The notes: generated from the sequence alone by a model not told the origin. Counted from the stretch's first letter, positions 40,756-50,350 are shown. The stretch: 64,000 bases of DNA from an uncultured Ruminococcus sp. (GCA_949291345.1 CASEVP010000014.1:6457-70456); one strand, 5' to 3'. Numbers and translations are program-made.

Positions 40756-41133
40756 TCAGAACACATTCCGAAGCAATGGAATTTCACCCGCTCCAAGATG
40801 TTCCAACCAAATACGTGTCTCTGCCAATTCTGCCTTTAGTTCATCACAGTTTTCCACACGCATGGGATTCAAACGTGCAACCGATACGTCTACCTGCTGC
40901 ACCCGATCCCGCCAAACCAAAATGCTAAAAAGCTTCTCCGATTTTTCCCAATGCGCTTCAAATGTTTCAAAAGGTTTCTGTACTGCCTCCAATGCAGAGG
41001 TTTCCATGGCCTGTTCAATTTGTGAAAGTTCCGACAGCAGCACATTTGTCTCATGATATACATACCATTCAGTCGCAATACTAGACAATACCAGCAACGC
41101 CAGTACAATGATGCCGATTCGAATTCGTGTCAT
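40756..41133 (-). CDS. DUF4363-like protein
   Basis: N-terminal TM, helical body, W...L motif, C-terminal PLLRNVF; overlaps the DUF421 gene. Confidence 0.7.
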   Translation of the reverse strand: MTRIRIGIIVLALLVLSSIATEWYVYHETNVLLSELSQIEQAMETSALEAVQKPFETFEAHWEKSEKLFSILVWRDRVQQVDVSVARLNPMRVENCDELKAELAETRIWLEHLGAGEIPLLRNVF

Positions 41134-41813
41134 GATTTTTTCTCCTGTTCTTTAGGAATAATTGTACAGTTGCCATCTGTATCCCCCAGCATCAAAAACA
41201 CCTGCTCTGCCGTCAATCGATGCTCTGCTAATTTTTGTTCCAGCCAGTTTGAATTTTGTTGGATCATCTCCAGTGCATGCTGCATAATACACCCATCCTG
41301 TATCACAGCAACAGGAGGATCCTGCGAGGGATTTTGTAAAGAAACATCTTTTTGTGTCAACGGCTGATACGAAGATTTTTGGTATACCGAAATGGTGCCA
41401 GTTGTCTCCATAATCGCAAACTGTACCTGACTGATGTCAAAAATCTGGTTTCCTCGCAGAGAAGTCATAATATCATCCACAGACAAACGCAGCTCTTTTA
41501 ATGTCTTTTGCTCAAGCTTGCCATCACGAATGAGTATTTTGGGTCGTCCGGAGATTAGGCGCCGCATCCGCAGGGATTTCAATGTCACACCTGACATGAT
41601 GACTTCATAGCATACCAGTGCCAATATGGGAAGTACACCAATTACCAGAGGAATATCTGGATTTTCCAAGGGCAGTGTAGCAATATTTGAAATTAATATG
41701 GTAATTACCAGCTCTGACGGCTGCAATTCCCCGAGCTGCCGTTTTCCCATCAAACGTATCCCAAAAATAACCACAATGTATAAAATCAGCGAACGCAGCA
41801 AGACGATACTCAT
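41130..41813 (-). CDS. DUF421/YetF-family (spore) membrane protein
   Basis: RLMGKRQLGELQPSELV, GRPKILIRDGK, AIMETTGTISV. Confidence 0.9.
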   Translation of the reverse strand: MSIVLLRSLILYIVVIFGIRLMGKRQLGELQPSELVITILISNIATLPLENPDIPLVIGVLPILALVCYEVIMSGVTLKSLRMRRLISGRPKILIRDGKLEQKTLKELRLSVDDIMTSLRGNQIFDISQVQFAIMETTGTISVYQKSSYQPLTQKDVSLQNPSQDPPVAVIQDGCIMQHALEMIQQNSNWLEQKLAEHRLTAEQVFLMLGDTDGNCTIIPKEQEKKS

Positions 41814-41838
41814 AAAAAACGCCTCCTTCCACACCATC

Positions 41839-41867
41839 TAGTATGGACAAAGGCGTTTCAATTATTC
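41839..41867 (-). promoter_or_regulatory. Putative forespore sigma-G/F promoter
   Basis: GAATA-17 nt-CATACTA upstream of the DUF421 gene. Confidence 0.5.
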
Positions 41868-41915
41868 GACCAGCACCACAGTTGCAAAAACCACCCATTT
41901 CTGAATCAATATCAC

Positions 41916-42410
41916 CTATTTCCCGTCGTTTCCGTTTTCACTGGACACTTGATCGCGTTTTTTAAATACAAATAACTTACTGAAAAGATAATTGGACAGC
42001 ACAATAAAGATTTGCGCACAAATTTTTACCCCATAATAATTCAGACCAAGCCACGTTGCAAAAATCAGCATAATGGCAAGTTCCAGAAAATAAGAAACCA
42101 ATCTTGCCCCATAAAATGAAAGGAATTCAATCCAGAACGCCCTCTTGGAATGCGTCTGACTCTTAAACACATATTTTTTATTGGTAAAAAACGCAAAAGT
42201 CACTGCACATATCCAGGAAAATGTTGTACAGAAAACCGTTGCCACCGCACCTGTCCCCAAAAAATATGCCGGAATAAACTGGGTGATAAACGACACAACC
42301 GTGGTCAATCCGCCAAATATCAAATACAGTATTAGAGCTTCATATCGAAAATACAAATTCCGAAGCGATTTTGGCATGTGATTTGCTAGCCACAATATTA
42401 TTTTTTCCAT
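41916..42410 (-). CDS. GtrA family protein
   Basis: YLIFGGLTT, FAFFTNKKYVF, NYLFSKLFVF. Confidence 0.9.
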   Translation of the reverse strand: MEKIILWLANHMPKSLRNLYFRYEALILYLIFGGLTTVVSFITQFIPAYFLGTGAVATVFCTTFSWICAVTFAFFTNKKYVFKSQTHSKRAFWIEFLSFYGARLVSYFLELAIMLIFATWLGLNYYGVKICAQIFIVLSNYLFSKLFVFKKRDQVSSENGNDGK

Positions 42411-42494
42411 ATTTTACAACCTTTCTCTCCGCAAATCAGCCCATGACTCTAACAAAAGCTTTTTGCGAAAAAACAAACATAATCCCCTCCTCAA

Positions 42495-43424
42495 CTACTT
42501 TTTCTTATACTTAAATAGTATAATTGTTACCAGCGCTGTCAATGCTACTGCTACAACTGTCGGAAACCATGTATGTTCCGCTCCAGGCAGATCGTACGTA
42601 TTCATTCCATAAAAACTAAATACCATTGTAGGAATTGCCAAAATAATGGTAATCATGGTCAAACGCCACATGACAATATTCAGATTATTGGAGATGACCG
42701 AACCGAACGCCTCTACAACACCAGACAAAATATCGGAGTAAATACTCGCCATTTCTTGAGCCTGTTTCAATTCAATTAACACATCTTCCAACAGATCTTG
42801 GTCTTCCTCATAAAGTTTGACCACACGTCCACGTAAGATTTTATTCATTGTAACATCGTTGGATTTTAACGAAGTAGAAAAGTAAATCAGTGATTTTTCT
42901 AATTCCAGCATTTGAATAAGTTCTTGATTTTTCATCGCACCATGCAATTTCCGCTGCATCACGCTGGATGTCTTATCAATTTGTTTCAAGTATACTAGGA
43001 ATGAAGAAGTAATGTTCATCATCAGACGCAGCACAAACTGTGTGCGAAACTGCGTCTGAATATTGCGAATTCTTCCGCTGACAGCATCGTCAATCACTTT
43101 ATTTTCACGCAAAGATATCGTAAAAACATAGTGATCCGTCAAAATGATACCAAGTGGCATGGTGTAGAAAATCAGCGTATCATCCTTCTGTACTTCTGAC
43201 ACTGCTGTATCTACGATAATAAGCGTTTGATTTTCTTCTTGTTCCACACGTGAGGATTCTTCTTCATCCAGTGAAGATTTCAAAAAATCGCTGTCCAGAC
43301 CATAATCTTCAATTAACATTTTGCGTTCCTGTGCAGTCGGATCCACTACAGATATCCAACATCCAGGCGAAATTGCATCAATTTCAATCAATCGGTTTGC
43401 CACCGTCTTATAGTATGAGATCAA
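42495..43424 (-). CDS. corA: CorA-family magnesium transporter
   Basis: DEEESSR, SNNLN, YGMN signature between two C-terminal TMs; TTG start after AAAGGTGG. Confidence 0.93.
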   Translation of the reverse strand: MISYYKTVANRLIEIDAISPGCWISVVDPTAQERKMLIEDYGLDSDFLKSSLDEEESSRVEQEENQTLIIVDTAVSEVQKDDTLIFYTMPLGIILTDHYVFTISLRENKVIDDAVSGRIRNIQTQFRTQFVLRLMMNITSSFLVYLKQIDKTSSVMQRKLHGAMKNQELIQMLELEKSLIYFSTSLKSNDVTMNKILRGRVVKLYEEDQDLLEDVLIELKQAQEMASIYSDILSGVVEAFGSVISNNLNIVMWRLTMITIILAIPTMVFSFYGMNTYDLPGAEHTWFPTVVAVALTALVTIILFKYKKK

Positions 43425-43467
43425 ATCGGATACCACCTTTCCGCAAAGGCAGACCGAATACGCCGCA

Positions 43468-43551
43468 TCAGCTGCCCTTACAAATTATCCATGTGTTTTT
43501 CCGGTTGCCGTACATTACTTTGCATGGCAAGGGATACGGGTCAGCGTTCAT
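43468..43551 (-). CDS. Putative proline-rich leader peptide of corA (27 aa, MgtL-like)
   Basis: AGGAGGT RBS, ATG, MNADPYPLPCKVMYGNRKNTWIICKGS; lies between the corA promoter and corA. Confidence 0.72.
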   Translation of the reverse strand: MNADPYPLPCKVMYGNRKNTWIICKGS

Positions 43552-43605
43552 GCTGCACCTCCTACTCTATCATACGATTTATTCGGCAAATTTGCCGTTC
43601 ATTTT

Positions 43606-43634
43606 ATTATAACAGAAAAAACCGCCTTTGACAA
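43606..43634 (-). promoter_or_regulatory. Sigma-A promoter for the corA leader and corA
   Basis: TTGTCA-17 nt-TATAAT with TG extension; -35 lies inside the inverted repeat AAAAACCGCC...GGCGGTTTTT (43616-43644, probable upstream terminator). Confidence 0.7.
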
Positions 43635-43852
43635 GGCGGTTTTTGTAAATTCTCCATTTTTTCTTATAAATTTTAAGCGATGCCAAACAAGATTTACACC
43701 TTAAAATGCAGTCAATTTTTTCAACAAATAAAGCAAAGGCAACACAGATACCTTGACATACATCAGGAAAACTTCAAACAATGTAGTAGAAAAAACACAA
43801 GTATATACTTTTCAAAAAAAGATCGAGAGTCTTTACACATACAACGTTGCCT

Positions 43853-44617
43853 TTAATCGGTATCCTTGTGAATTTCTTCTCGCAGTCGTTCTTTGATACC
43901 TTCCAAAATAATATTTTTTGCCTCTATCGCCTGTTCTTTTGTTGCTGGAGGAACACCCTTTAACGGGTAATCAATCCCTAAATTCTCATATTTCACTTCA
44001 CCCATAGTATGATACGGCAAAACGTCCAATGCTTTCAAATTATCTAGGTCTGCTAGGAATCTCCCCAGTTGATGCAAATATTTTTCATTCAGAGTATATC
44101 CGGGTACCACGACATGACGAATCCAGACTGGTATCTTTTTTTCCTTCAGATACATGGCAAATTCTAAAATATGCTGATTGCTATGTTTGGTCAGTTTTAT
44201 ATGCTCTTGTTCATCAATATGTTTGATATCCAGCATAACCAAATCTGTCACTGCCATTAGCCGATCAAACTCTGCTCGCTTCTCCGACCGATACAGTATA
44301 CCAGATGTGTCCAAACAAGTATGGATTTTCTTTTTCTTTGCCGCCTCAAACAGTTCGGTCAAAAATTCCATTTGTACCAGCGGTTCACCACCAGTTGCTG
44401 TGATACCGCCTCCCTGCAAAAATTCTTTCACGCCATCGTATTCATCCAAAATAGATTGCACCGTCCGCAGATTACCATCGCCACCACCAATTGTCCACGT
44501 ATCCGGATTATGACAGTAAAGACAGCGCATAGGACATCCCTGATAAAATATAACAAATCGTATACCGGGTCCGTCTACGGTACCGAAACTCTCTGTCGAA
44601 TGTATATGCCCTTTCAT
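43853..44617 (-). CDS. pflA: Pyruvate formate-lyase activating enzyme
   Basis: ESFGTVDGPG, GCPMRCLYCHNPDTW, TGGEP, LPYHTMG. Confidence 0.97.
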   Translation of the reverse strand: MKGHIHSTESFGTVDGPGIRFVIFYQGCPMRCLYCHNPDTWTIGGGDGNLRTVQSILDEYDGVKEFLQGGGITATGGEPLVQMEFLTELFEAAKKKKIHTCLDTSGILYRSEKRAEFDRLMAVTDLVMLDIKHIDEQEHIKLTKHSNQHILEFAMYLKEKKIPVWIRHVVVPGYTLNEKYLHQLGRFLADLDNLKALDVLPYHTMGEVKYENLGIDYPLKGVPPATKEQAIEAKNIILEGIKERLREEIHKDTD

Positions 44618-44731
44618 CTGCTTACCCTCCTTTTTTCATTTGATATGACAATGGGCGCACAGCATCTGTACGCCGTACGCCCACTGCAATCATTCAGCAA
44701 TTGTTATATTTCACACAATTTATTTTTCCCA

Positions 44732-44971
44732 TCAAAGACCAGCATGGAATGTTCTGGAAATGACATCATCTTGCTGTTCCTTTGTCAGCTTAATAAAGTT
44801 TACCGCATAGCCGCTGACACGAATCGTCAGTTGCGGATACTTTTCCGGATGCTGCTGTGCATCCAGCAATGTTTCACGATTCAAAACATTTACATTCAGA
44901 TGATGACCACCTTTTTCAGCATAGCCGTCCAACAATCCTACCAGATTTTCAATTTGCTTTTCGTTTGCCAT
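44732..44971 (-). CDS. Stand-alone glycyl-radical domain of PFL (79 aa; GrcA/YfiD-like)
   Basis: [18 protein letters not shown]...[16 protein letters not shown]; own strong RBS AAAGGAGG. Confidence 0.93.
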   Translation of the reverse strand: MANEKQIENLVGLLDGYAEKGGHHLNVNVLNRETLLDAQQHPEKYPQLTIRVSGYAVNFIKLTKEQQDDVISRTFHAGL

Positions 44972-45028
44972 GATAAACTCCTCCTTTAAGAATTTACAAC
45001 AATAGCTGCATTTTTGAGCAAAAAAGTT

Positions 45029-45238
45029 TTACTCATCTTCTATAAATTCAGTCGGCTGACAACATGCCATGTTTCCTTTTGAGCAATCCATACTCCGATA
45101 AGTCTTTACACTCATGCCGTCACTCATCAGTTCATCTTCTGAAATGGTCAAATGACCGCTGCCATTTTCCATCAGCTTTTCAATCATATCGACCAATTCA
45201 TCAGACTTATCCTGATCTTTCAGTTCATGTTGTGCCAT
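45029..45238 (-). CDS. Small acidic Cys-containing protein inside the pfl operon (69 aa)
   Basis: AAGGAGG RBS; fills the gap between pflB and the radical-domain gene; N-half resembles the radical-domain N-terminus. Confidence 0.82.
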   Translation of the reverse strand: MAQHELKDQDKSDELVDMIEKLMENGSGHLTISEDELMSDGMSVKTYRSMDCSKGNMACCQPTEFIEDE

Positions 45239-45282
45239 GACACTCCGCCTCCTTCCAAAATTTTAAAACCTTTTGCGTTTGA

Positions 45283-47370
45283 TTATTCTTTTTCCATTGC
45301 TTCACGAATGGAGGCAATATCGATATCACCTGCAAATACAGAAGAATCCTTACCTAAAGCATCCGGAATAATGGTAAATGTATTCGAAATGCCATCCTGT
45401 GCATTCTTCCATGGCAGTTTCGCAACAGACGCCATAGATGCTGCTGCACCGTGTGTATCACGACCATGCATCGGGTTTGCACCAGGAGCCAACGGCTGAC
45501 CCTTCTTACGACCATCCGGTGTGTTACCGGTCTTTTTACCGTATACTACGTTGGAAGTAATAGTCAGGATAGAAGTTGTCGGAACACCGTTTCTATAGCA
45601 ATAATTGCTGCGGATCATATCCATAAACTTATTCAGGATTTCTACTGCAATGCTGTCTACACGGTCATCATTGTTGCCATACTTCGGGAAATCGCCTTCA
45701 ACTTCAAAGTCTACTACTACACCATATTCATCACGAATGCACTTTACCTTTGCATACTTAATTGCAGACAAGGAATCAGCAACAACGGACATACCAGCGA
45801 TACCAGTTGCAAAGTAGCGCTTGACATCTCTATCATGCAGTGCCATTTGCAATGCTTCATAACAATATTTATCGTGCATATAGTGAATGCAGTTGAGCGT
45901 ATCTACATATAGCTTTGCCAGCCATTCCATCATATCGATGTACTTTTCCATTACATCGTCATAATCCAGATAATCGCCTTCTACTTTGCGATACTTTGGA
46001 CCCACCTGATTATGCTTGCCGGTCTTTGCATCGATTCTTTCATCAACACCGCCGTTAATTGCATACAGCAAGCACTTCGCAAGATTTGCACGAGCACCAA
46101 AGAATTGCATTTCCTTACCAACACGCATAGAAGATACACAACAAGCAATCGCATAATCATCGCCGTGTGTCACACGCATCAAGTCATCGTTTTCGTACTG
46201 GAATGAAGAGGTGTTGATAGACAACTTTGCACAATAATGTTTAAACGCTGTCGGCAATCTCTTAGACCACAGTACAGTCAGGTTCGGCTCCGGAGCAGTA
46301 CCTAGGTTTTCCAGTGTATGCAGATAACGGAAACTGGTCTTAGTAACCAGCGTTCTGCCATCGATACCCATACCGCCGATAGATTCAGTTACCCACTGCG
46401 GATCACCGGAGAACAATGCGTTGTATTCAGGTGTTCTAGCAAACTTTACCATACGCAGCTTCATAATAAAGTGGTCAATATATTCCTGTGCCTGTTCTTC
46501 TGTCAAAATGCCATTTTCTAGGTCACGCTGAATATAGATATCCAAGAATGTGGAAGTACGACCGAGGCTCATTGCTGCACCGTTCTGATCCTTTACTGCT
46601 GCAAGATATGCGAAATATGTCCACTGGATTGCTTCCTTCGCATTGGCAGCCGGCTTAGAAATATCATATCCATACTTGGAAGCCATGTTCTTCAAAGCCT
46701 TCAGTGCCTTAATCTGATCTGCCAATTCTTCACGCAAACGGATCTTTTCTTCTGTCATCGTACCACAAACTGTAGACTTCTGATACTCCTTGTCTGCAAT
46801 CAGACGATCTACACCATACAATGCAACACGACGATAATCACCAATAATACGACCACGGCCATACGCATCCGGCAAACCAGTGATAATTGCATTATGACGA
46901 GCAGAACGCATCTCTGGTGTATATACATCAAATACACCCTCGTTGTGTGTCTTTCTATAGTGCTTGAAAATGTAACTAATCTCCGGATCTACTTCATAGC
47001 CATAAGACTTACATGCCTCTTCTGCCATACGGATACCGCCAAACGGCTGCAACGAACGCTTGAGAGGCTTATCTGTCTGCAAACCAACGATCTGCTCCAG
47101 ATCTTTGTGAATATAGCCTGCATCATGTGAATCTACTGTAGATACGATTTTGGTGTCCATATCCAGGACGCCGCCATTTTCACGTTCCTGCTTAAACAGC
47201 TCCATTACTTCGTTCCACAGTGTCTTTGTTGCTTCTGTCGGTCCTGCCAGAAAACTCTCATCGCCCTCATACGGGGTATAGTTCTTCTGAATAAAATCCC
47301 GTACGTCGATCGACTTTTCCCATGCACCGCCGACGAAACCTTCCCATGCGTTTGCCATAGTATCTGCCAT
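45283..47370 (-). CDS. pflB: Pyruvate formate-lyase lacking the C-terminal glycyl-radical domain
   Basis: [23 protein letters not shown], active-site IACCVS, PGANP, DGISNT; stops 20 aa after ALGKD with no RVSGY. Confidence 0.95.
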   Translation of the reverse strand: MADTMANAWEGFVGGAWEKSIDVRDFIQKNYTPYEGDESFLAGPTEATKTLWNEVMELFKQERENGGVLDMDTKIVSTVDSHDAGYIHKDLEQIVGLQTDKPLKRSLQPFGGIRMAEEACKSYGYEVDPEISYIFKHYRKTHNEGVFDVYTPEMRSARHNAIITGLPDAYGRGRIIGDYRRVALYGVDRLIADKEYQKSTVCGTMTEEKIRLREELADQIKALKALKNMASKYGYDISKPAANAKEAIQWTYFAYLAAVKDQNGAAMSLGRTSTFLDIYIQRDLENGILTEEQAQEYIDHFIMKLRMVKFARTPEYNALFSGDPQWVTESIGGMGIDGRTLVTKTSFRYLHTLENLGTAPEPNLTVLWSKRLPTAFKHYCAKLSINTSSFQYENDDLMRVTHGDDYAIACCVSSMRVGKEMQFFGARANLAKCLLYAINGGVDERIDAKTGKHNQVGPKYRKVEGDYLDYDDVMEKYIDMMEWLAKLYVDTLNCIHYMHDKYCYEALQMALHDRDVKRYFATGIAGMSVVADSLSAIKYAKVKCIRDEYGVVVDFEVEGDFPKYGNNDDRVDSIAVEILNKFMDMIRSNYCYRNGVPTTSILTITSNVVYGKKTGNTPDGRKKGQPLAPGANPMHGRDTHGAAASMASVAKLPWKNAQDGISNTFTIIPDALGKDSSVFAGDIDIASIREAMEKE

Positions 47371-47511
47371 TTTTTTAATCTCCCCTTTGCTGGAAATCCA
47401 GCGGAATTTATATTGGATTTTTTGCAAATCACAGCTGACTTTTAACAGAAAACCGCATCACATTTCTGTCGCTTTTTTTCTTATCTTCCAGCTGTGTTTT
47501 GATCTGTCTTA

Positions 47512-47540
47512 ATAATAACACATCTCAACTAGGATGTCAA
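47512..47540 (-). promoter_or_regulatory. Sigma-A promoter of the pfl operon
   Basis: TTGACA-17 nt-TATTAT with TG extension. Confidence 0.7.
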
Positions 47541-47822
47541 TAGCTTTTACGCAATTTCCCAATATTTTTTTTTACGAAACCTTATTTTTTTATCTGTGTG
47601 TCCAAATTTTGCTTGCCATATTAAAATAAAAACAAGTAAAAATGGCTGTTTATTTTTTTTTATAAAATAATTACCCCGTTTTGCATTGACATCTGACTTC
47701 TCTCATGCTATACTGTTTCTGTTTTTCAAGCATATCACAAAATACAATATATTGTTCTTAATGCAACTTGAAACACATGCATATTGCAACGATATACTAT
47801 TATTATATGGAGAAGATACATT

Positions 47823-48674
47823 ATGATTTTACATCCAAATTCTACTGTTGCCTTAATCGGTTGCTCTAATGGTGTTTCCATAAAAAGTTCAGTACCTGCA
47901 CAGTTAGGGCACACATTTTCCACTTTGCCTTTAAAAACAAAAATATACAGCAGTCTCTACTGCACCACAGATGGTAAAACTGCCGATCCACAATTACGTG
48001 CCGCCCATCTGATGGATGCCTTTCGCACACCGGAAATCAAAGCAATTTTTGACATTACCGGCGGAGATGCCGCCAATGCAATGTTACCTTACCTTGATTT
48101 TTCCGAGATTGCGCAACACCCGAAGCCTTTTTTCGGTTACAGCGACTTATCTGTTCTATTAAATCCACTGCAAGATCTTGCACACATTCCGGTATATTAT
48201 TTTCAAGCACGCTTTTTAATGGATTCCAAAACAATTTACTCGCTATTTCAAAAATGGATATTTCAAGAAGATCCATCTCTTTTGCAATGGAATTATACCT
48301 TTTTGCAAGGAACACATCTAGATGGTGCCATTTGCGGCGGCAACATCCGTTGTACGCTGAAACTTGCCGGTACACCTTGGCAGCCAAATTTTACTGATCG
48401 AATTTTATTTTTGGAAAGTTACTCCGGAAATCTTTCACGCATTGAAACCATGCTGTATCAATATCGGCATATTGGTGCATTTCGTCAATGCAAAGGCATT
48501 CTTCTAGGAAATTTTTCAGAGCTTGCCGCCTTCGGCCAGTTACCAAATCTTTATGCTCTTGTCTTAACAGTTGCAGACAATCCAAAATTGCCCATTATCT
48601 ACACCACACAGCTTGGACACCAGCCAAATGCCAAAATACTTTCATATCAAATAACACATCATTTTTCAATATAA
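47823..48674 (+). CDS. S66 family peptidase (LD-carboxypeptidase/MccF-like)
   Basis: GGD, PKPFFGYSD (Ser), GGN, ILFLES (Glu), GH (His). Confidence 0.88.
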   Translation: MILHPNSTVALIGCSNGVSIKSSVPAQLGHTFSTLPLKTKIYSSLYCTTDGKTADPQLRAAHLMDAFRTPEIKAIFDITGGDAANAMLPYLDFSEIAQHPKPFFGYSDLSVLLNPLQDLAHIPVYYFQARFLMDSKTIYSLFQKWIFQEDPSLLQWNYTFLQGTHLDGAICGGNIRCTLKLAGTPWQPNFTDRILFLESYSGNLSRIETMLYQYRHIGAFRQCKGILLGNFSELAAFGQLPNLYALVLTVADNPKLPIIYTTQLGHQPNAKILSYQITHHFSI

Positions 48675-48860
48675 TCTCCTTTTTTTACATGCACAACTGC
48701 ACAGCGATTGTGCAGCAAACACACACAATGAGATTTCTCATCAGATAGGACAAAAATGATGCGGGCATATCAGTCATATGTCAAGAAATTTTTAATCATT
48801 ATAATAGCATTTCAAATCATTCAGATGGTCGTTTTATGGTGCTGCCTATCATACGAATAC

Positions 48861-49985
48861 TTAATATAATAATTCCTGCACAAAACCAAGTGCCAAAAGC
48901 GGCAATAAAAGTCCGAAATTAACAGCCGAAAACACCGCAAGATAGTAGCCGGGCTTGGCGTGAGAGGATTTACTATAAAATTGATAGGAAATCAGACTTG
49001 CCAGAGAAGCAATAAGCGTACCCAGACCACCAATATTGACACCCAGCAACAACGATTGTGCATCCTGGGTAAACCCGGAAAGCATCACCGCAGCAGGCAC
49101 ATTACTAATGCACTGGGATAAAAGTACAGATACGATCAATTCTCTTCCCTGCATCAAATTTTCAAAAAATGTTCGAACCACTTCCACTCTTGCAATATTT
49201 CCCACAAACACAAAAAAACAAACAAACGTAGCAAGCAACGCATAGTCTACCTTTGCAAAGAGACGATGATCACCGATCAGTGTCATGATTACTGTTACAA
49301 TAAGGCACAACCAATCCGGCATCACCCGAAATACTGTAGCAATGCAGCATACAAACATGATACTATATATCACAACTTGCCGCTTTGCTGCAACTCGAGT
49401 AACTGGCGTCTCCGATGCTGTGCATTTTTTCTTAGGCAGTTTCAAAGACAATAGACACAAACATAGATAACTAACAAGACCTGCCGGCAGCATCACCCAC
49501 AAAAATGTCTCAGCATGAAGTGCATATGTGGCATAAAGATACAAATTCTGCGGATTGCCGATTGGTGTCATCATACTTCCCAAATTAGCAGCTGCCGTTT
49601 CAAGCACAATCACCCAAACCAAACTACGAGTATCGCAGATTCTGCGGAAAAGAAGCAGTGTTAGCGGTACAAAAGTAAGCAGCGCCACATCATTGGTCAC
49701 CAGCATGGCACTGAAAAAACAAAGCTGTATAAAAAAGATACCCACACGGCGAACTGTGCCTGCATACTGCAAAAGCAGCCTTGTCACCGATTCAAATACA
49801 CCAACGCTGCGAAAACCTGCCACCGCAAGCATCAGACAAAATAATTGTATTAGTACCGCACGATTACAATATGTAGCATATTCCCTATCCGGCGGTACCG
49901 CTGCCATAGACAGTATTGCCGCTAAAAAAGCAGCACATAATACTGGCTGCCCTTTGCACCAAGCCCAGATCCGACCCATTTCCAT
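48861..49985 (-). CDS. SLC13/ArsB-NhaD type anion permease
   Basis: TNDVALLTFVP, AANLGSMMTPIGNPQN, SNVPAA, NIGGLGT. Confidence 0.88.
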   Translation of the reverse strand: MEMGRIWAWCKGQPVLCAAFLAAILSMAAVPPDREYATYCNRAVLIQLFCLMLAVAGFRSVGVFESVTRLLLQYAGTVRRVGIFFIQLCFFSAMLVTNDVALLTFVPLTLLLFRRICDTRSLVWVIVLETAAANLGSMMTPIGNPQNLYLYATYALHAETFLWVMLPAGLVSYLCLCLLSLKLPKKKCTASETPVTRVAAKRQVVIYSIMFVCCIATVFRVMPDWLCLIVTVIMTLIGDHRLFAKVDYALLATFVCFFVFVGNIARVEVVRTFFENLMQGRELIVSVLLSQCISNVPAAVMLSGFTQDAQSLLLGVNIGGLGTLIASLASLISYQFYSKSSHAKPGYYLAVFSAVNFGLLLPLLALGFVQELLY

Positions 49986-50350
49986 TTCTCCTTTTTTTAT
50001 ACTTCGTTCCGCAGATCTCTATCCATTCTGCTGCAAACACAACTTCTATCAGTATAACACAATTTCAAAAAATGTCAATTCTTTGAAATGGCAACGCGAT
50101 AAACGACGCTTCTTGACAACTTTTTCAATCTCTAGTATACTTAAAGATGGCAACACCACGCAAAAATTGTACACAAATTGCATTACCGTATTTTCTTTCA
50201 GATACAACAAAAACAGAATGCATACTTTGTAGATTCACAAACATTTTTTAGAGTATAATAACTCTGAAACAAAATGTGTACAATGCCATTTGGCAGTATT
50301 CATGGAAAGTTGCCTTACACATATCGTGCATTTTTGCAAAGGAGGATACC

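Noticed and set aside
44701-44718. Rex-like operator TTGTTATATTTCACACAA before pflA
   Set aside because: Three mismatches to the palindromic consensus and no clear promoter next to it
44972-45300. Sequencing error or simple frameshift as the cause of the PFL split
   Set aside because: About 310 nt containing a separate RBS-led ORF lie between the halves, and each downstream ORF has its own strong SD
47371-47510. ZTP (pfl) riboswitch upstream of pflB
   Set aside because: The characteristic GACUGGCG...GUGG..CCAC and CGCCUGGGC elements are not present
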